Below, piece by piece: positions 44,501-57,781 of a stretch of 64,000 nt of DNA (position 1 is its first letter; every line of letters begins with the position of its first letter). The translations under genes and the position numbers were made by a program. The notes below the pieces were generated by a model, which searched no databases, was not told where the DNA came from, and was given only the letters and a program-made list of their open reading frames with translations. Source of the DNA: the human T2T-CHM13v2.0 reference genome, Homo sapiens; assembly GCF_009914755.1 (NCBI RefSeq), contig NC_060938.1. One strand, 5' to 3'.

Positions 44501-45582
44501 ATCAACTTGTCGTTCCAGTGTTTTCCTTTATACTAATGTTTCATTTGTACTTTTTGGTATTTGATGAAAATATTTCATATTCTTCTCATGATCTTCTTAC
44601 ATTAAAGCTAGCCCTAAATAAATACTTGTTGAGGAAATTTCATGCATGCTATTTATGATGCAAAGCAAGGTATCAAATTAACTTTCTCAGCCTCCCCTTC
44701 TACTGAGATTTAACTGGACTAGGAATAGGGTCTTGAATTAATCTATGCCTGTCTCAAAGCCTAACTCAGTATCTTCTACATGGCAAATGTTCAAAAGATA
44801 TTTCTGGATTAAGACAAGTGGTAAAAAGCACTAGTGTCACTAGATATTAGTGAAAAATAATCACAGTAATTTATAATTGGATCAAACATAAATCTGTGGC
44901 TTTATTCAATACAACTGACCTATTGACTGAGATATGGAGGCATCCAGGTATTGAAAAAAACCCAACAGCTGTAGGCAAAACATATGGTTGAAGTCAAAGA
45001 GTCGTGGTTTCCAAGAGCCACTACTTAGGCATTTTTCTTCAAAATTCTCTGAGTCCATGACAGTACATCAGTGAGGCTGTTAGACATATTAATAGAGCTG
45101 CAGCATTTAAGAAAGTAAATGTGACAGTGTCAATTTAAACCTATCTCTGAGCAAAACTTGGGGATAAAAGAGTGGTATACTTAACAAAGTTTCACATTTA
45201 AGGAAAAGCACCCCAAAATGCAAAAAATGTGCTATTGGATATAACTAAGTTTTGTAAGAGCCACTTTTCCAAAGAAACTTATATAGATTTCATGATGGAA
45301 GAAAATGGTCCATAGATTCACTGTAAATCAGACATCATTCCTCTGTGCCCTCTTTGCCCTCATACATGAGGTTATACATTTTGTGACAGACAATAGAACT
45401 CAAAAGAGCTACTGCTCATCAGAACAAGACACCCTAATGGGAAGAGTGTCCTCTATTATCTTCACAATGTATGGAAAGGTGCTGCAATGGAATGACTCAT
45501 TCAACTGATGTTCTCAGTGACTCCTGAGTTTAATACCATTCGAGAAACATTTATTGATTGTCTACCATACAGCATACACTGA

Positions 45583-46300
45583 AGCAGCTGTGTATAACAG
45601 CATTGTAAGCATACATGGTTTTGCAAATATTTACTTTGACTTTAATCCATGCCTCAACACTTACTTACTACATGACCTCCTTTAATAATAATAATGCGGG
45701 CCAGGTGCAGTGGCTCACGCCTGTAATCCCAGCACTTTGGGAGGCCAAGAGGGGCGGTTCACCTTAGGTCAGGAGTTTGAGACCAGCCTGGCCAACATGG
45801 TGAAATCCCATCTCTACTAAAGATACAAAAAATTAGCTGGGCGTGGTGGCAGGCGCCTGTAATCCCAGCTACTCAGGAGGCTGAGGCAGGAGAATAGCTT
45901 GAAACCAGGAGGCGGAGCTTGCAGCGAGCCAAATCGCGCCATTGCACTACAACCTGGGCAACAGCACGAAACTCTGTCTCAAAATAATAATAATAATAAA
46001 ATAATAATAATGCAACATTTGAAGGGTTACCAATTGTCCGACACTATGCTAAGTCATTTAATCCTCATAACAAACTATTTAGATAAATACTGTGATTATT
46101 ATCCCCTTATACAAATGAGGAAACTGCAGCCTAAACTGGTAAACTGTTTTTCCCAGTTTCCTCATCTGAAAAACTCCTTCCTTTCAGCATTATTATGAGA
46201 ATTTAAAATAATGTAGTTTTAACATCAGGAATAAGGTATAGAAAGCATTGAGGATAGTAGTCATTCGTTAAATAATCTCTATTATAACTCAGTATTACTA
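45583..46300. mobile_element. Nested MIRs of opposite orientation, interrupted by the Alu
   Basis: A sense MIR 5' part lies at 45583-45680, an antisense MIR at 46000-46150 (ACAAATGAGGAAACTG), and the sense MIR resumes at 46153 (CAGTTTCCTCATCTG). Confidence 0.7.
45699..45999 (+). mobile_element. AluSx-type with (AAT)n tail
   Basis: Full dimer with TSD AATAATAATAATGC at 45684-45697 and 46000-46013. Confidence 0.95.
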
Positions 46301-48354
46301 TATTTCTCATTGATTTCATCTTCCTTGATATTTTACATGTTTAATGGTTTAAACTATATAATTTAAAATTTACTCACATACTCTCCTGTCATATTTGCTA
46401 ACGATTTTTACACACTCTAGCCTACTTTCCCTAAACAGTTAATTGATACATTTAAAGGTAAAAACTATAATTTATATAGCTCATATTCCACTTACAATGG
46501 CCACTTTCAATTGAACATACCTTCATTTTATTTCTCTCTTTCCTCCTGACTGATTGCTGAGTACCCACTCCTTCCACTGTACCAATAATAATCCATTATG
46601 CCTAAATCTTAGGCATATAACTTTTTACTAACTACTATTTACTGCTGTTTTCCACAAGTACCATAGTAAAATGAAAAAATTTAAGTGTGCCAAGTGTTAA
46701 AATATTTCTGAAGACCTGTATTCCTAAGCTAAGCAGAGGCTGGCTGAGTTGGGTGTCATACAGTCTAGTGGTTTTGAGAAATACATTATTGCTTAATCAA
46801 AAATAAGACAATTATGACTTAATTTATCTTTAGGAATTGCCTGAATAAAGTTCTGATTCTCAGAAAGATGAGGCCGAAATAAAAAACTTACAATTTAACA
46901 TTCTAGAACATTTAGAAGACACTTGGAAACTGAGAACAAAGGATAACTGCTCTAAGTAAATCATACACTTTTATAACATCTTTAATATCTTCCTAAATTA
47001 CTCGCACAATGAATGCAACTCTCTGGAATGGGCTGTTTCCTCAATGCTTTTAAAAATTCATATTGATTTTAATCACTGAATATACTATACATACAAATAA
47101 AGAGTTGTTTCTGAAGGGAAAACTTATTTCCCATTCCTTTTGTTTCCAGGAGAAGGAAATTTTAATTGGGACTTCCCCAGAGTACATGGCCAGCTTCTTT
47201 TGCCTCAGGCTTTAATCAGTCCAGCAGGAGGTTTGAGGTATGCTTGGAGGGTGACAGTATTGGTCCCCATATTCCACTGGTGGGCATAATGACGGTTAGC
47301 ATTGGAAATTCCATCTGTTTTTCCTTCCACCCCAGAAAAGTGTGGGTCACAGTTAAGTATGACTATTCCGTAGACTTAACTTTTCCACTCCAATGACTGC
47401 CTTTAGGTCTAAATTTGTGGAACAGGAAGAACCTGAAAACTCATTTGGCCCTCAGACCTGAATCAAGTTCACTAAAAGCAAATTTGGTAATGCAAATCCA
47501 TTTGGTCTCCATCTGCCTAACTCCTACTCCTGTTAAGTGGTTCTAAACCCCAGATGGGTAAAAAGTGGGGCTAGGTATTCAATCCCTAATCTCCACCCTT
47601 CACCCTTAAAATCCACATCTAAATAAAATACTTCTTTATTTTCACATTTGCGGCTTTAAAAACTTTATTTCAAATGCTTATATTTTTACTTTAATAGCTG
47701 CCATATAATAAATGTAACTGAGTCTTTCATTGGCTTATTTAGAATCTTTCATGTGTCTTAGTGTACTACTAAATTACTTCAGTGAATGTACCTGCTAAAG
47801 TTCCTGATTCATAGCTGGTGTTTAATAAATCCAATTGACCTTATTGCACTCTAGATAAAAAACACATAGTTTTTAGGCCACGAAAAAGTTCTTTTTAAAA
47901 TAGCTACTTAATCAAGTTCTGTTTGACTATCACATCTTTGTTTTGTTCTCATAATGTTTAGGTAGCATGGAAAACTTCTTTAATCTATTGACGTGCTTTA
48001 TAACCCTTAGTTATTTTGTGTGAATCATGGTTAGCTGTAAGGTATAGTTCTAAACAACATGTGTCAATTATTTTAACAGAAAGACCCTCTGATAGCCTTT
48101 CATTTGCTTTCTTCAAACCTCACGTACACATTTCTGTCCTTTTTAAGTTCTCATCCCAGATTTCTAGTTTGAATTTCTGTAGTTCTAAAATTAGAAAGCT
48201 TAGAATTACAATATAAGGCCCCTTGCATCTAGGCTTCTGAATTCTAATTACTTCTCACCAACTAGACTACTGAACACAAGATCTGGAAGGTAGAAATAAG
48301 TTGAGAACTAGCTTCCTGCCACTTTGTCTACTGCTTCTATCAAAGCAGTTCATG

Positions 48355-49000
48355 ATGCTCATACACTGTTGGTGGGAATGCAAATTGGTTCAGCCATTGT
48401 GGAAAGCAGTTTGGAGATTTCTCAAAGAACCTAGAACTACCATTCAACCCTGCTATCCCATTAGTGGATATATATCCAAAAGAAAAATTGTTCTATCAAA
48501 AAGACACATGCACTGGTATTTTCATCACAGCACTATTCACAATAGCAAAGACATGGAATCAGCCTAGGTGCCCATCAAATGTGGATTGGATTTTTTTAAA
48601 TGTGGTACTTATACACCATGGAATAGTACACAGCCATAAAAAAGAATGAAATCATGTATTTTGTAGCAACATGGATGCAGCTGGAGGCCATAATCTTAAG
48701 CAAACTAATTCAGGAGCAGCTAACCAAATACCACATGTTCTCACTTATAAGTAGAAGCTAAACATTGGGTGCTCAGGGACATAATGATGGCAGCAATAAA
48801 CACTGGGTTCCACTAGGAGTAAGAGGGATGGAAGTGAGTAAGGGTAGAAAAATTGCCTGTTGGGTAGTATGCTTACTACCTGGGTGATGCAATCAGTCAT
48901 ATCCTAAACCTCAGCAGCATTGCACAATATACCCCTGTAACAAATCTGCACAGGTGTCCCCTGAATCTAAAAGTTGAAAGTATTAAATAAATAAATAATA
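48355..49000 (+). mobile_element. 5'-truncated L1PA16-like
   Basis: ORF2 end [22 protein letters not shown] plus 3' UTR ...CCCTGAATCTAAAAGTTGAA and a (TAAA)n tail. Confidence 0.92.
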
Positions 49001-49029
49001 CATTTGCAAAATTCATGGAGATGTTTATT

Positions 49030-49405
49030 TCTATTGCAATGTTCCAGTCTTCAGTTTCATAAGTAATGAGAAGCACGTTTATGGCAGTGATGATGACAGA
49101 ATTCAGCCTTCTACTGAATAATCAGTGGTTATGTGAGTGTCAAGGGGGAGTTGCAGCAGTGGTGATGTTAACTATTAGCTGGATTGTAGTTGCAGAAGCA
49201 TGTTCTTGAACTTATCAGTCCTGACCTCAGATTTCATCTTCTTCTGGTAGATGTAGCATACATCTCTGAGTGTTATTAGAGGACCAGACTAGAGCCTCAT
49301 CGTACTCCTTCAGTTACTTCATAATCATCCAGCTCTTTATATTAAATGTTTTTCTGTTTAAAATGGCAGCAATGTTTTTTATTTTTTGAAATGGTCCCTG
49401 ACAGC
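49030..49405 (+). mobile_element. Possible ancient ERVL/MaLR-type LTR remnant
   Basis: The 3' part ATTAAATGTTTTTCTGTTTAAAATGGC...CCCTGACA resembles ERVL LTR U5 ends; the match is weak. Confidence 0.35.
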
Positions 49406-50034
49406 AACAGATCTTCTCGTGTTTAATTATTGAGTCTGTGCTGATTACACAGAATTAAGGATATAGTTTCTAAAGTACTTCCATTTTTATATATTTTAGC
49501 ATTATTCTGAAAGGCCTGGAAAAAAACTATTTTTTATTCGATTTGAAAGTGAAGTGACATAGGTGGGTCGCTATAGCAAGAAATTACCCTGTATTTTTCC
49601 ATCTCTATCATCACAGGCATCTCACAGAATTAGAAGTCGGACATTATTGATGGATATATTAGTCATGAATAATTAAAATACATTAAATATAAAATGGTCA
49701 GATACGGGCAGATTTTACATAACTGTCTTCAATGTTCTAAATGTGAATAATATTGAATGAATGCCATTAAATATACAGTCCATCAATATTTTTCAATGGT
49801 TACAGGAACCTAAAGAGTCATTCAATTTTCATTAATAGAAGAAATTTATTAAAATGGGAATCATGGAAAGGTTGGTTAGCTTTGGAAAGGATAAGAAGCT
49901 AACCTTTACAAAAGGGAATGCTATTTTTTTTCTGGCAGCTAGGTTTTCTGGGCCATTTCCAGATATACTGACAACAACAGATGTCAGCTGCAAAAAAAAA
50001 AAAAAAAAGAAAAGAAAATCAAACCAAAGTAATA

Positions 50035-50329
50035 TTTTTTTTTTTTTTTGAGACAGAGTCTCACTCTGTTGCCCAGGCTGGAGTGCAGTGGCACGATCTC
50101 AGCTCACTGCAACATCTACCTCCTAAGTTCAAGCGATTCTCCTGCCTCAACTTCCTGAGTAGTTGGGATTACAGGTGTCGGCCAACACACCCAGCTAATT
50201 TTTGTATTTTTAGTAGAGACAGGGTTTCACCATGTTGGTCAGCCTGGTCTCGAACTCCTGACCTCGTGATCCACTCACCTCGGCCTCCCAAAGTGTTGGG
50301 ATTACAGGCATGAGCCACCGTGCCCAGCC
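50035..50329 (-). mobile_element. AluSg-like
   Basis: GGTCTCGAACTCCTGACCTCGTGATCC diagnostic and a T tail. Confidence 0.94.
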
Positions 50330-52289
50330 TGGAATTTTTAAAGTCAGAGCAAAAAGCAAAACAAGGCAATAGATAATAAAAACTATGTGCTCAACTAGAC
50401 AATAGTCATTAAACGTGTGAAGGGGTGATACCATTAGTTGACACATAAAATGAGTCTTTCTACTTAAAAACTTTAAGTTAAGATTTTATAATTTTGATTA
50501 AACCTAAACTATATCTAGACAGTGGCAAAAATGCAGAATAGGTTGAAAGCCAAGGTTGAATTTTATTGGGAAATCAAGAGACCATAAAGTAAAAGGCAGA
50601 AACAGTGTAAACCAGATACATTAGTGATTTGCAGCATTAAGGGAAGTTTATTCATCAAGCTTTTTACAATTGCTACTGACTTTATTTTTTATAGAATAGC
50701 TATAATGTGTTCAACTTGTTATATATTGATTGGTTCCTTTTTATATATTACAATAATATGTTAGGAAATAGATCTCCAACATTTTATATTGCTGGGTAAA
50801 TTGCAAGCTGCCACAAACAGAAAACCTTGTAATACAAATTTCAAGATTCTGCGAATATATTGTATTTAGGTAGATTTTAAAAACAAGGTTGCAGGGGTTA
50901 GGCAGGATAAAATGGGGTTCTAATGGCCAAAAATTTAGACCTGAGGTAGCCAATCACCTTGTCATTCTTCCAAGGCATTTTTTCCACTTAATGACTTTTA
51001 GTGCCCAAAATAGTGTTGTTTCAATTACGGGCTTCAGTAAAGAATTAGAGTTGATAGAGAGCCTTATGGGAGAAGAAAAAGACAAGATAATGGATGATTT
51101 GCATGGAAAACTTGGACCTTTGAGTTGACTGTTTTATATCTATGTTATTTTGTTCCTGAAATACTTAAATGTTATCACATAACTTGAATTGAACCTTGTC
51201 ACTTCGAAACACTGACATTAAAATAATGGAAGAAAAAAACTAAAGTCTGTTTAAAGAAGGGAATAATCTAGATTACATGTTGAGTTTTTATAAGATAATT
51301 CTAGATTTCTTATGTGGGCTTCCTATCGGCTGGATAAACAGCATTTGAATAACAGCCCAGCAGATTCATAGTGTGCCACGGTAGGGCTTGTCAGAGATTT
51401 GCTTCCACTCCACCAAAAAATGCTCTTCTACCTTTTCTGCAAAGGACATAGTCCATTCATGTACTTATCTTTTCAATCAAATGCAAAGTGTTTTCTTTAA
51501 TCAGAGATCCTGAAAACTGTAAAGGAACCAGTCATGTAATAAGTTGTACAATTCACAACTATTAAAAAAAGGAAAAAAAAAAGTATGTTGACTTATTCTG
51601 TCAACAAAATCAGCAGGGATATTCTACTAAGGAATAAAAACGTTAAGGACAAACAACTGTCCAGGCTGAGGCATGTCTTATTCCATGTAATTTGAGTGAG
51701 ATGTGTAATCAGGGGTGAAGTCCAATTTTTGTTTACCTATTTTAAATTGCAACTCTATACAAATTTTATTTTCAAGTTGCTATATCAAATTTTTACATGT
51801 ATCTTGATTAGTTGAGGGAAAGAAGTAGTAACAAGTTTTTTGGCTTTGATAGGCAACACAATATTACAAAAACATCTTAACTATTTGCTTAACATTCTGT
51901 TCATTGCCCTAATCAAAGATTACTTTTCTCCAGTAGGAAGTATGACAAGAAATAAGTACTAATTATTTTTATATAGTTATTGGGCATTACTAAAATATGA
52001 CTGTATCCTTAAACCATCTTTGCCTTAGACAAGGTTCAATAAGCTGTGAGATGTCGTAATTTATTTTAACTGTAATTTGAAGTTATTTCGATATTGTATC
52101 TCCATCATACCACCTCAACACAAATTAGCTTTGGTTTCACTCCTTATAGTTAGTAAGTAGAACAAATCAGCAGAATCCCCATGACGTACGACACGTATTC
52201 TACAAATGTAAATAAAGATTTGAAACATCTTTTCACATTTTGACTTCTCTGACTTAAATATAAACTATATTTTCGTTTTGAATATATCA

Positions 52290-54640
52290 TTTGTCCTCAT
52301 TTTTCTACTCATTACTGACTTCTTTTGTATTGAATTGATTTTTATGGTATACAGTTTTGATTCCTTTCTCCTTTTCTGTTCATTTTTATTATCTTAGGGA
52401 TTACCCTGAAGATTACAATCGGTTTCTTAAACTTGTAGCTACGTTCTTCGAATTAAAACCTTTTTAGGTTCAATATTTTACAAAAACTCTCCTCTTATAT
52501 AGTTCTGCACCTCCTCCCTTATGTTGTGTCATCACAAATTTTATCTTTCTATATTGTGTGTCTACTAATACAGATTCACGATCATTGGTTTTTGTACTTG
52601 TCTCTTAAATCATAGGGTTTGAAATGTCAAAAGTAAAAAAATATATACAATACTAGCTTTTGTATTTACCTTGATAGTTAACTTTATCACTATTTTTCAT
52701 TCCATCACATAGTTTGAGTTAATTTCTAAATTCCTTTCATGCCCACGTAAAGAACTCCTTTAGCATTTATTGTAGAGGAGTTCTATCAGTGATGACCTTT
52801 GTTTATCCGGGAATGACAATTTCTTCCCCAATTTTGAGGGGCAGTTGGATAAAAAAATATGGTACATGTACACAGTGGAATACTACAAAGCCATAAAAAG
52901 AATGAAATCATGTCTTTTGCAGCAACATGGATGCAGCTAGAGGTCACAATTCTAAGTGAATTAACACAGAAACAGAAAATCAAAGGCTGCACGTTCTCAC
53001 TTATAAATGAGAGCTAAACATTGCGCACCTAAGGATGTAAACATGGGAAAAATAGACACTGTGAGAACTACTAGAGCGGAGAGAAAGGGAAGGGTTATAT
53101 GTTGAAAAACTACCCAGTGGACGCCGTGCTCACTAACAGTGCAATATACCCATGTAACAAATCTGTACATGTAGCTTCTGTATCTAAATTAAAAGTTGAG
53201 AAGAAAGGAAAAACATTCCCCAAATAAATCACTCCTTCCTACCTCCAAATAAGATTGTATTCCCAGAAAAAAAGTAGACAATGTGTAAATTTAAAAAGGA
53301 TAAAATTATTGATCTGACTTTTCTTTATAAATAATGCCTGAGAAGTTAAATATGTAAATCATAATGAGGTAAAGCCAAACTCAATATTAGTATCTTTCTT
53401 CCTCAAAATGGAAAGGATTCATCTCAGTAATTTGCTTTAATGAAACTCTTTTAGTTTGCATTTTCGAAAAAAAGCAAATTCTTGGATGATAGCTTTCCCT
53501 CCCCTTTAGCACTTAAAACATGTCATCCCAATGTCTTCTGGATTCCATGGTATCTGATGAGAAATCAGGTGTTAATCTTATTGGGGAGATATTGCATTAA
53601 TGAGTAACCTGTTTTGCTGCATTCAAGATTTTCTCTTTGTTTGTGCCTTTTAACAGTTTGATTATAACATGATGTCTAGATTTCTGTCTTTTACCAAATA
53701 TGGAAATTTGGGGTCATTATGTCTTCCAGTATTATTTCTTTCCTGTTCTGTCTCCACTCATCTGGTACTCTATTTATGAATATGTTGCTATGCTTGATGG
53801 TGTCCCACAGTCTCTTAGACTTTGTTTATATTTCTTCATTCCTTTTGATTTCCGATCTTCAGACTGGATATTTCAGTGGACCTGTAATTAAGTTTTCAGG
53901 GTTTTTTTCGTCTGCCTGCCCAAAGTTGCTATTGAAACCACAGCATTTCATTCCAGTTATTGTACTTTTTAACTCTAGAATCTCTGTTTCATTCCTTTTT
54001 ATAATTTCTCTTTGTTGATACTCTCTATTTCTTCAGACATTTTTCTCTGAGTTTTCCTTACCTTGTTGTTTATGGGTTTCTTTCTTAGCCTTATAAGTAT
54101 TTACAGAGTTGATATAAAGTCTTTGTCTAGTAAGTCTACTATCTACACTTCCTCAGGAACAATTTATGTTAATCTCCCCTGTGAATTTGGTGGCATACTT
54201 TCTTTTTTATTTGTGTGCTTCATAATTTTTTGTTGAAAATTGAACATTTTGATTATTATATTAACTCTGGATATCAGATTATTTCCAGTTCTCAGGATTT
54301 GTTTTTGTTGCTTACTATCAATTGTAGTTAGTCTGCTTACTTAGTGACTTTTAAAAATTATTTTTGTTAAGTCTATATTTCTTGTCATTTATGGTCACTG
54401 AAGTCTCTCTTTTCTCAGATTATTGTCAACTAGTGTTTTGAAAGAGATTTTCTTGAATGCAGGAAGCCAAAACAATAAAAATTTAAAAAGCAAATAAAAT
54501 CTTTTCCAGTCTCTACAAATTGTTTCTGTGTTGGGGGAAACCCTTCAATGCTTAGCGAGATCATTTACAAATCTGCCTTAGACTTCACTTTCTGCTTATG
54601 CTGAACCTACAGATCAGCCAAAGAGGAAGTCTTAAGGTTA
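52290..54640 (-). mobile_element. Old L1M 5'/ORF1 region, interrupted at 52845-53475
   Basis: AGAACTCCTTTAGCATTT.TTGTAG... before the break, and AATTCTTGGATGATAG...CATGGTATCTGATGAGAAATCAG..GTTAATCTTATT after it. Confidence 0.82.
52845..53213 (+). mobile_element. 5'-truncated L1PA15/16-like 3' end
   Basis: GCCATAAAAAGAATGAAATCATGTCTTTTGCAGCAACATGGATGCAGCT...CTGTATCTAAATTAAAAGTTGA followed by an A-rich tail. Confidence 0.92.
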
Positions 54641-56617
54641 TATTATTTGTACTTGCATAATTGTTCCTTTGATTCACCCCTGCTTTTCTCATGTGTTTTT
54701 TTAATCTCTTTATCTAATTGGTCTGCTTTATATTTCAATTATTTGTTTTAAAAAAATTAGCCACCATGTTTAAATGCCCAAGAGATCTGTCTTGTTCTAT
54801 ACATTTTTTCCTTTTCCATATTACCTTATTCTTTATGAATGCAGTAGTTTCTCTTAGATTTCTGCTGATTTTATTTACAGTTTCTTTAAGGCATCATTCT
54901 GCTCTTTGCTTTTTTTTCTTTTCCTTTTGTTACTGTTGGCTTGCAGTCTACTTTCTCTCAAATATGTGGTTATTCATATTTACTGTTGTGAGAATTTTAT
55001 AGACTCAAGGGTTATTTTGTATTCATAAAAGACTCTTAAGGACAATATTTTGTCTTTTAAGAATTAATATTCAATTTATTAACGCTATAATTTTCACTTA
55101 ACTTTCTAAGGAGAGTTTATGAAACAATTGTAAGTTTAAAGAAGTCTTTGACTAACACACATTCAATTCAAATGTAGTTAATTGTAAACTTTAAATTGCA
55201 TTTATACATGTAATATTTTCAGTTACCTTCTAAATTACTTCAATTGTCTGATTCAAACAAAACCTTCCTGCATATTTAAATGATTCATAAATTTAATAAG
55301 CTTGTGAATATGATTAATCTAAAGTTCTCTCAGATCCTAACACTGAGTATAAGCTCAATTAGATTGCATTTTCAAATCAAAAAACTAAGTTACGTAATAG
55401 TAATTGGAAATCTGTCACTTTAATATATGCCAAACTCCCTTAAAAATAACAAGTGCATATATGACATAAAATGTCGGTACAGATCCAGACATCCCAGGAG
55501 GTTTTTCTCCTCCCTCTTTCTTCATCTTGGCAAAAATAAAGCCAAGCAGTTTTAAGGCAGCAAAATAAAAGAACACAAGACTCCCCAGAAGCTCCACCTT
55601 CCAAACAAAAATATTTCCTTCAGCTAGAAGTTCCCATTGTTACAGCCAACTAAGTGTTCTCTGCTCCCTTCCAGTTCCCTTTTGATTCCATACTGAGGCG
55701 AAGGAATGGGGCCCTCCGTTGCCTCTCTTACCATGTTGTCATTCTCTGACGGCCTCGGCAAGCTTTTCAGTGGGATAATGAGAGGGATTAATAAAAGAAT
55801 CATGTGAACTTCGTTGCAGAGTTCTCTGCCTGTTAGCTACCCCAATAAACCTTACTGGGTTTAGTAATAATGACATTACACAGTTTCTTTGTTAACACGA
55901 AGGTGTCTTTACCATGGTTTTTTTATACTAAGAAAGACAGTTCCTCTCAGTTAATTGAAATTACTTACTATTTTATAATTGCTTTGTTTGGGACTTCAAA
56001 ATTTCTAAAGAGATTTGTCTTGGAGGTTATTAAATGTGTGTTGCTGGATTTATCAGAAAGTTTTACAATCATATCCAAGAAATTCTTCTGTCCACCCACA
56101 GAAGTCTGAAGCTCTCAACCAGATTAATTACTTTGTTACATTTTTGCACTTCTACAGCTTTTAAATATGTAAAATATTTTTCAAACAATGCAAAAGACAT
56201 CTGAATGCTATGATTCTAACATTCAGAATGAATTTTACAAGTTCTAAAATATGTAAATTAATTTTCTATTCAACTTGATGGAATTTTAGGTTCTTTTATA
56301 CTCTTTAGCTCATACAAATTTTATAGATATATAAATTGATATCCAATTGAGTTTGAAATATTCCACAATAGCTTTGTCTGTCTATCACAAATTTTGAGAT
56401 AATCCCACTCATGTAGTTGGAAACTTAAAAGATAATTGAAAACTTTGGATAAATGGTAGGACTTGACAATTCTTTGGATTCATTGTAAAATAATCAAGTA
56501 CTTTTTAATTAAAACTTCTTAGATAATGGGATATGTATAACTTTTCTTTGAAGCCATTACACTTTTTTAGAAGAGAATGATCCAATATCTTAACTAGAGG
56601 TGGGAGAAAAAGAGGTA

Positions 56618-56987
56618 TAATCATGCATCATGTAACAACGTTTTGAGCAACAGTGGACCACTTATTTAATGGTGTTACCATAAGATTACAATGAAGCTCC
56701 CCTATACAGGTGTACCATTTTAAACCTTTTATACAATATTTTTCCTATACCTTTTTGTTTTTAGATATACTGATACCATTGTGTTACAATTGCCTGTAGT
56801 AGTCAGTATAGTAAATATATTCTACAGGTTTGTAGCCCAGGAGCAATAGGCCATACCAGATAGCTTAGTTGTGTAGTAGGCTATACTATCTAGGTTTAGG
56901 TAAGTACAGTCTTGTGTTTGTAACGACAAAATTACCTAACAACACATTTATCAGAAAGTATCCCCATTGTTAAGCAATGCATAGCTG
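56618..56987. mobile_element. Tigger3-family MITE (MER7-type)
   Basis: TA plus (C)A(G)TCATGCATCA...CCATAAGATTACAAT...AGGAGCAATAGGCCATACCA...TATCCCCATTGTTAAGCAATGCATAGCTG. Confidence 0.88.
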
Positions 56988-57781
56988 TGATAGGGGAGTG
57001 GGGCAGGGAAATGCTGGGTAAAGAAGGGTGGGGTCCCCAGTGAGGGCTCTGCCCTTGGGCCTGTGCCCAGGGACCTAAGTGAGGACAGGCATTTCTGTTT
57101 TTGTGCCCCAAAAGTTGCCTTTTAGACCATCATGCCCCCATCCTGTGCCCATAGAAACCTGGTACTGTAGCAGGCACACACACAAGTGACTGGATGTCAA
57201 GAGGAGCAGAAGGATACACCAACAGACACTAGCAGACACCGGCAGGCCATCAACAGCAGGACAACGTAGAATTCAGTCAGGGGCAGTTGGAGGAGAGTCC
57301 GGGCAGCTGGAGGAGAGTCCGGCCACTGGGCAGCCTGACTCCAGGGGCAGGCCACCTTCCCACTCCATCCCCTTTCTGGCTCCCCATTTGCCTCACTGAG
57401 AGCTACTTCCACCTCTCAATAAAACCTTGCAGCCATCCTATCCTCCACACCCACATGTGATCCTATTTTTCCAGTACTCTCTAGGGCAGGAACCCAGGAT
57501 ACAGAAAGCCCTCTGTCCTTGCAACAAAACAGAGGGTATAATTGAGCTGATTAACGCAAGCCACCTGCAGACGGCTGAGCTGAAAGAGCACACTGTAACA
57601 CATGCCCACTGGGGCTTCCGGAGTAGCAAGATGCTGCTTTGGGGTTGGAGTCCAAAAATACCCCCGACGACCTGCCTGTCTGCATGCTCCTCCTAGGGAT
57701 TTGAGCAGGGGGGCACTGAGGAAGCAAGCCACACTTCTGTCACATGTCCTGCAGAGGGGATGAGGGAACTCTTCCCTTTTA
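56988..57781 (+). mobile_element. Solo LTR, LTR1 family (ERV1, HUERS-P2 type)
   Basis: TGATAGGGGAGTGGGGCAGGGAAATGCTGGG...GGGAACTCTTCCCTTTTA, with AATAAA at 57418-57423. A direct repeat AGCTG flanks it at 56983-56987 and 57782-57786. Confidence 0.88.
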
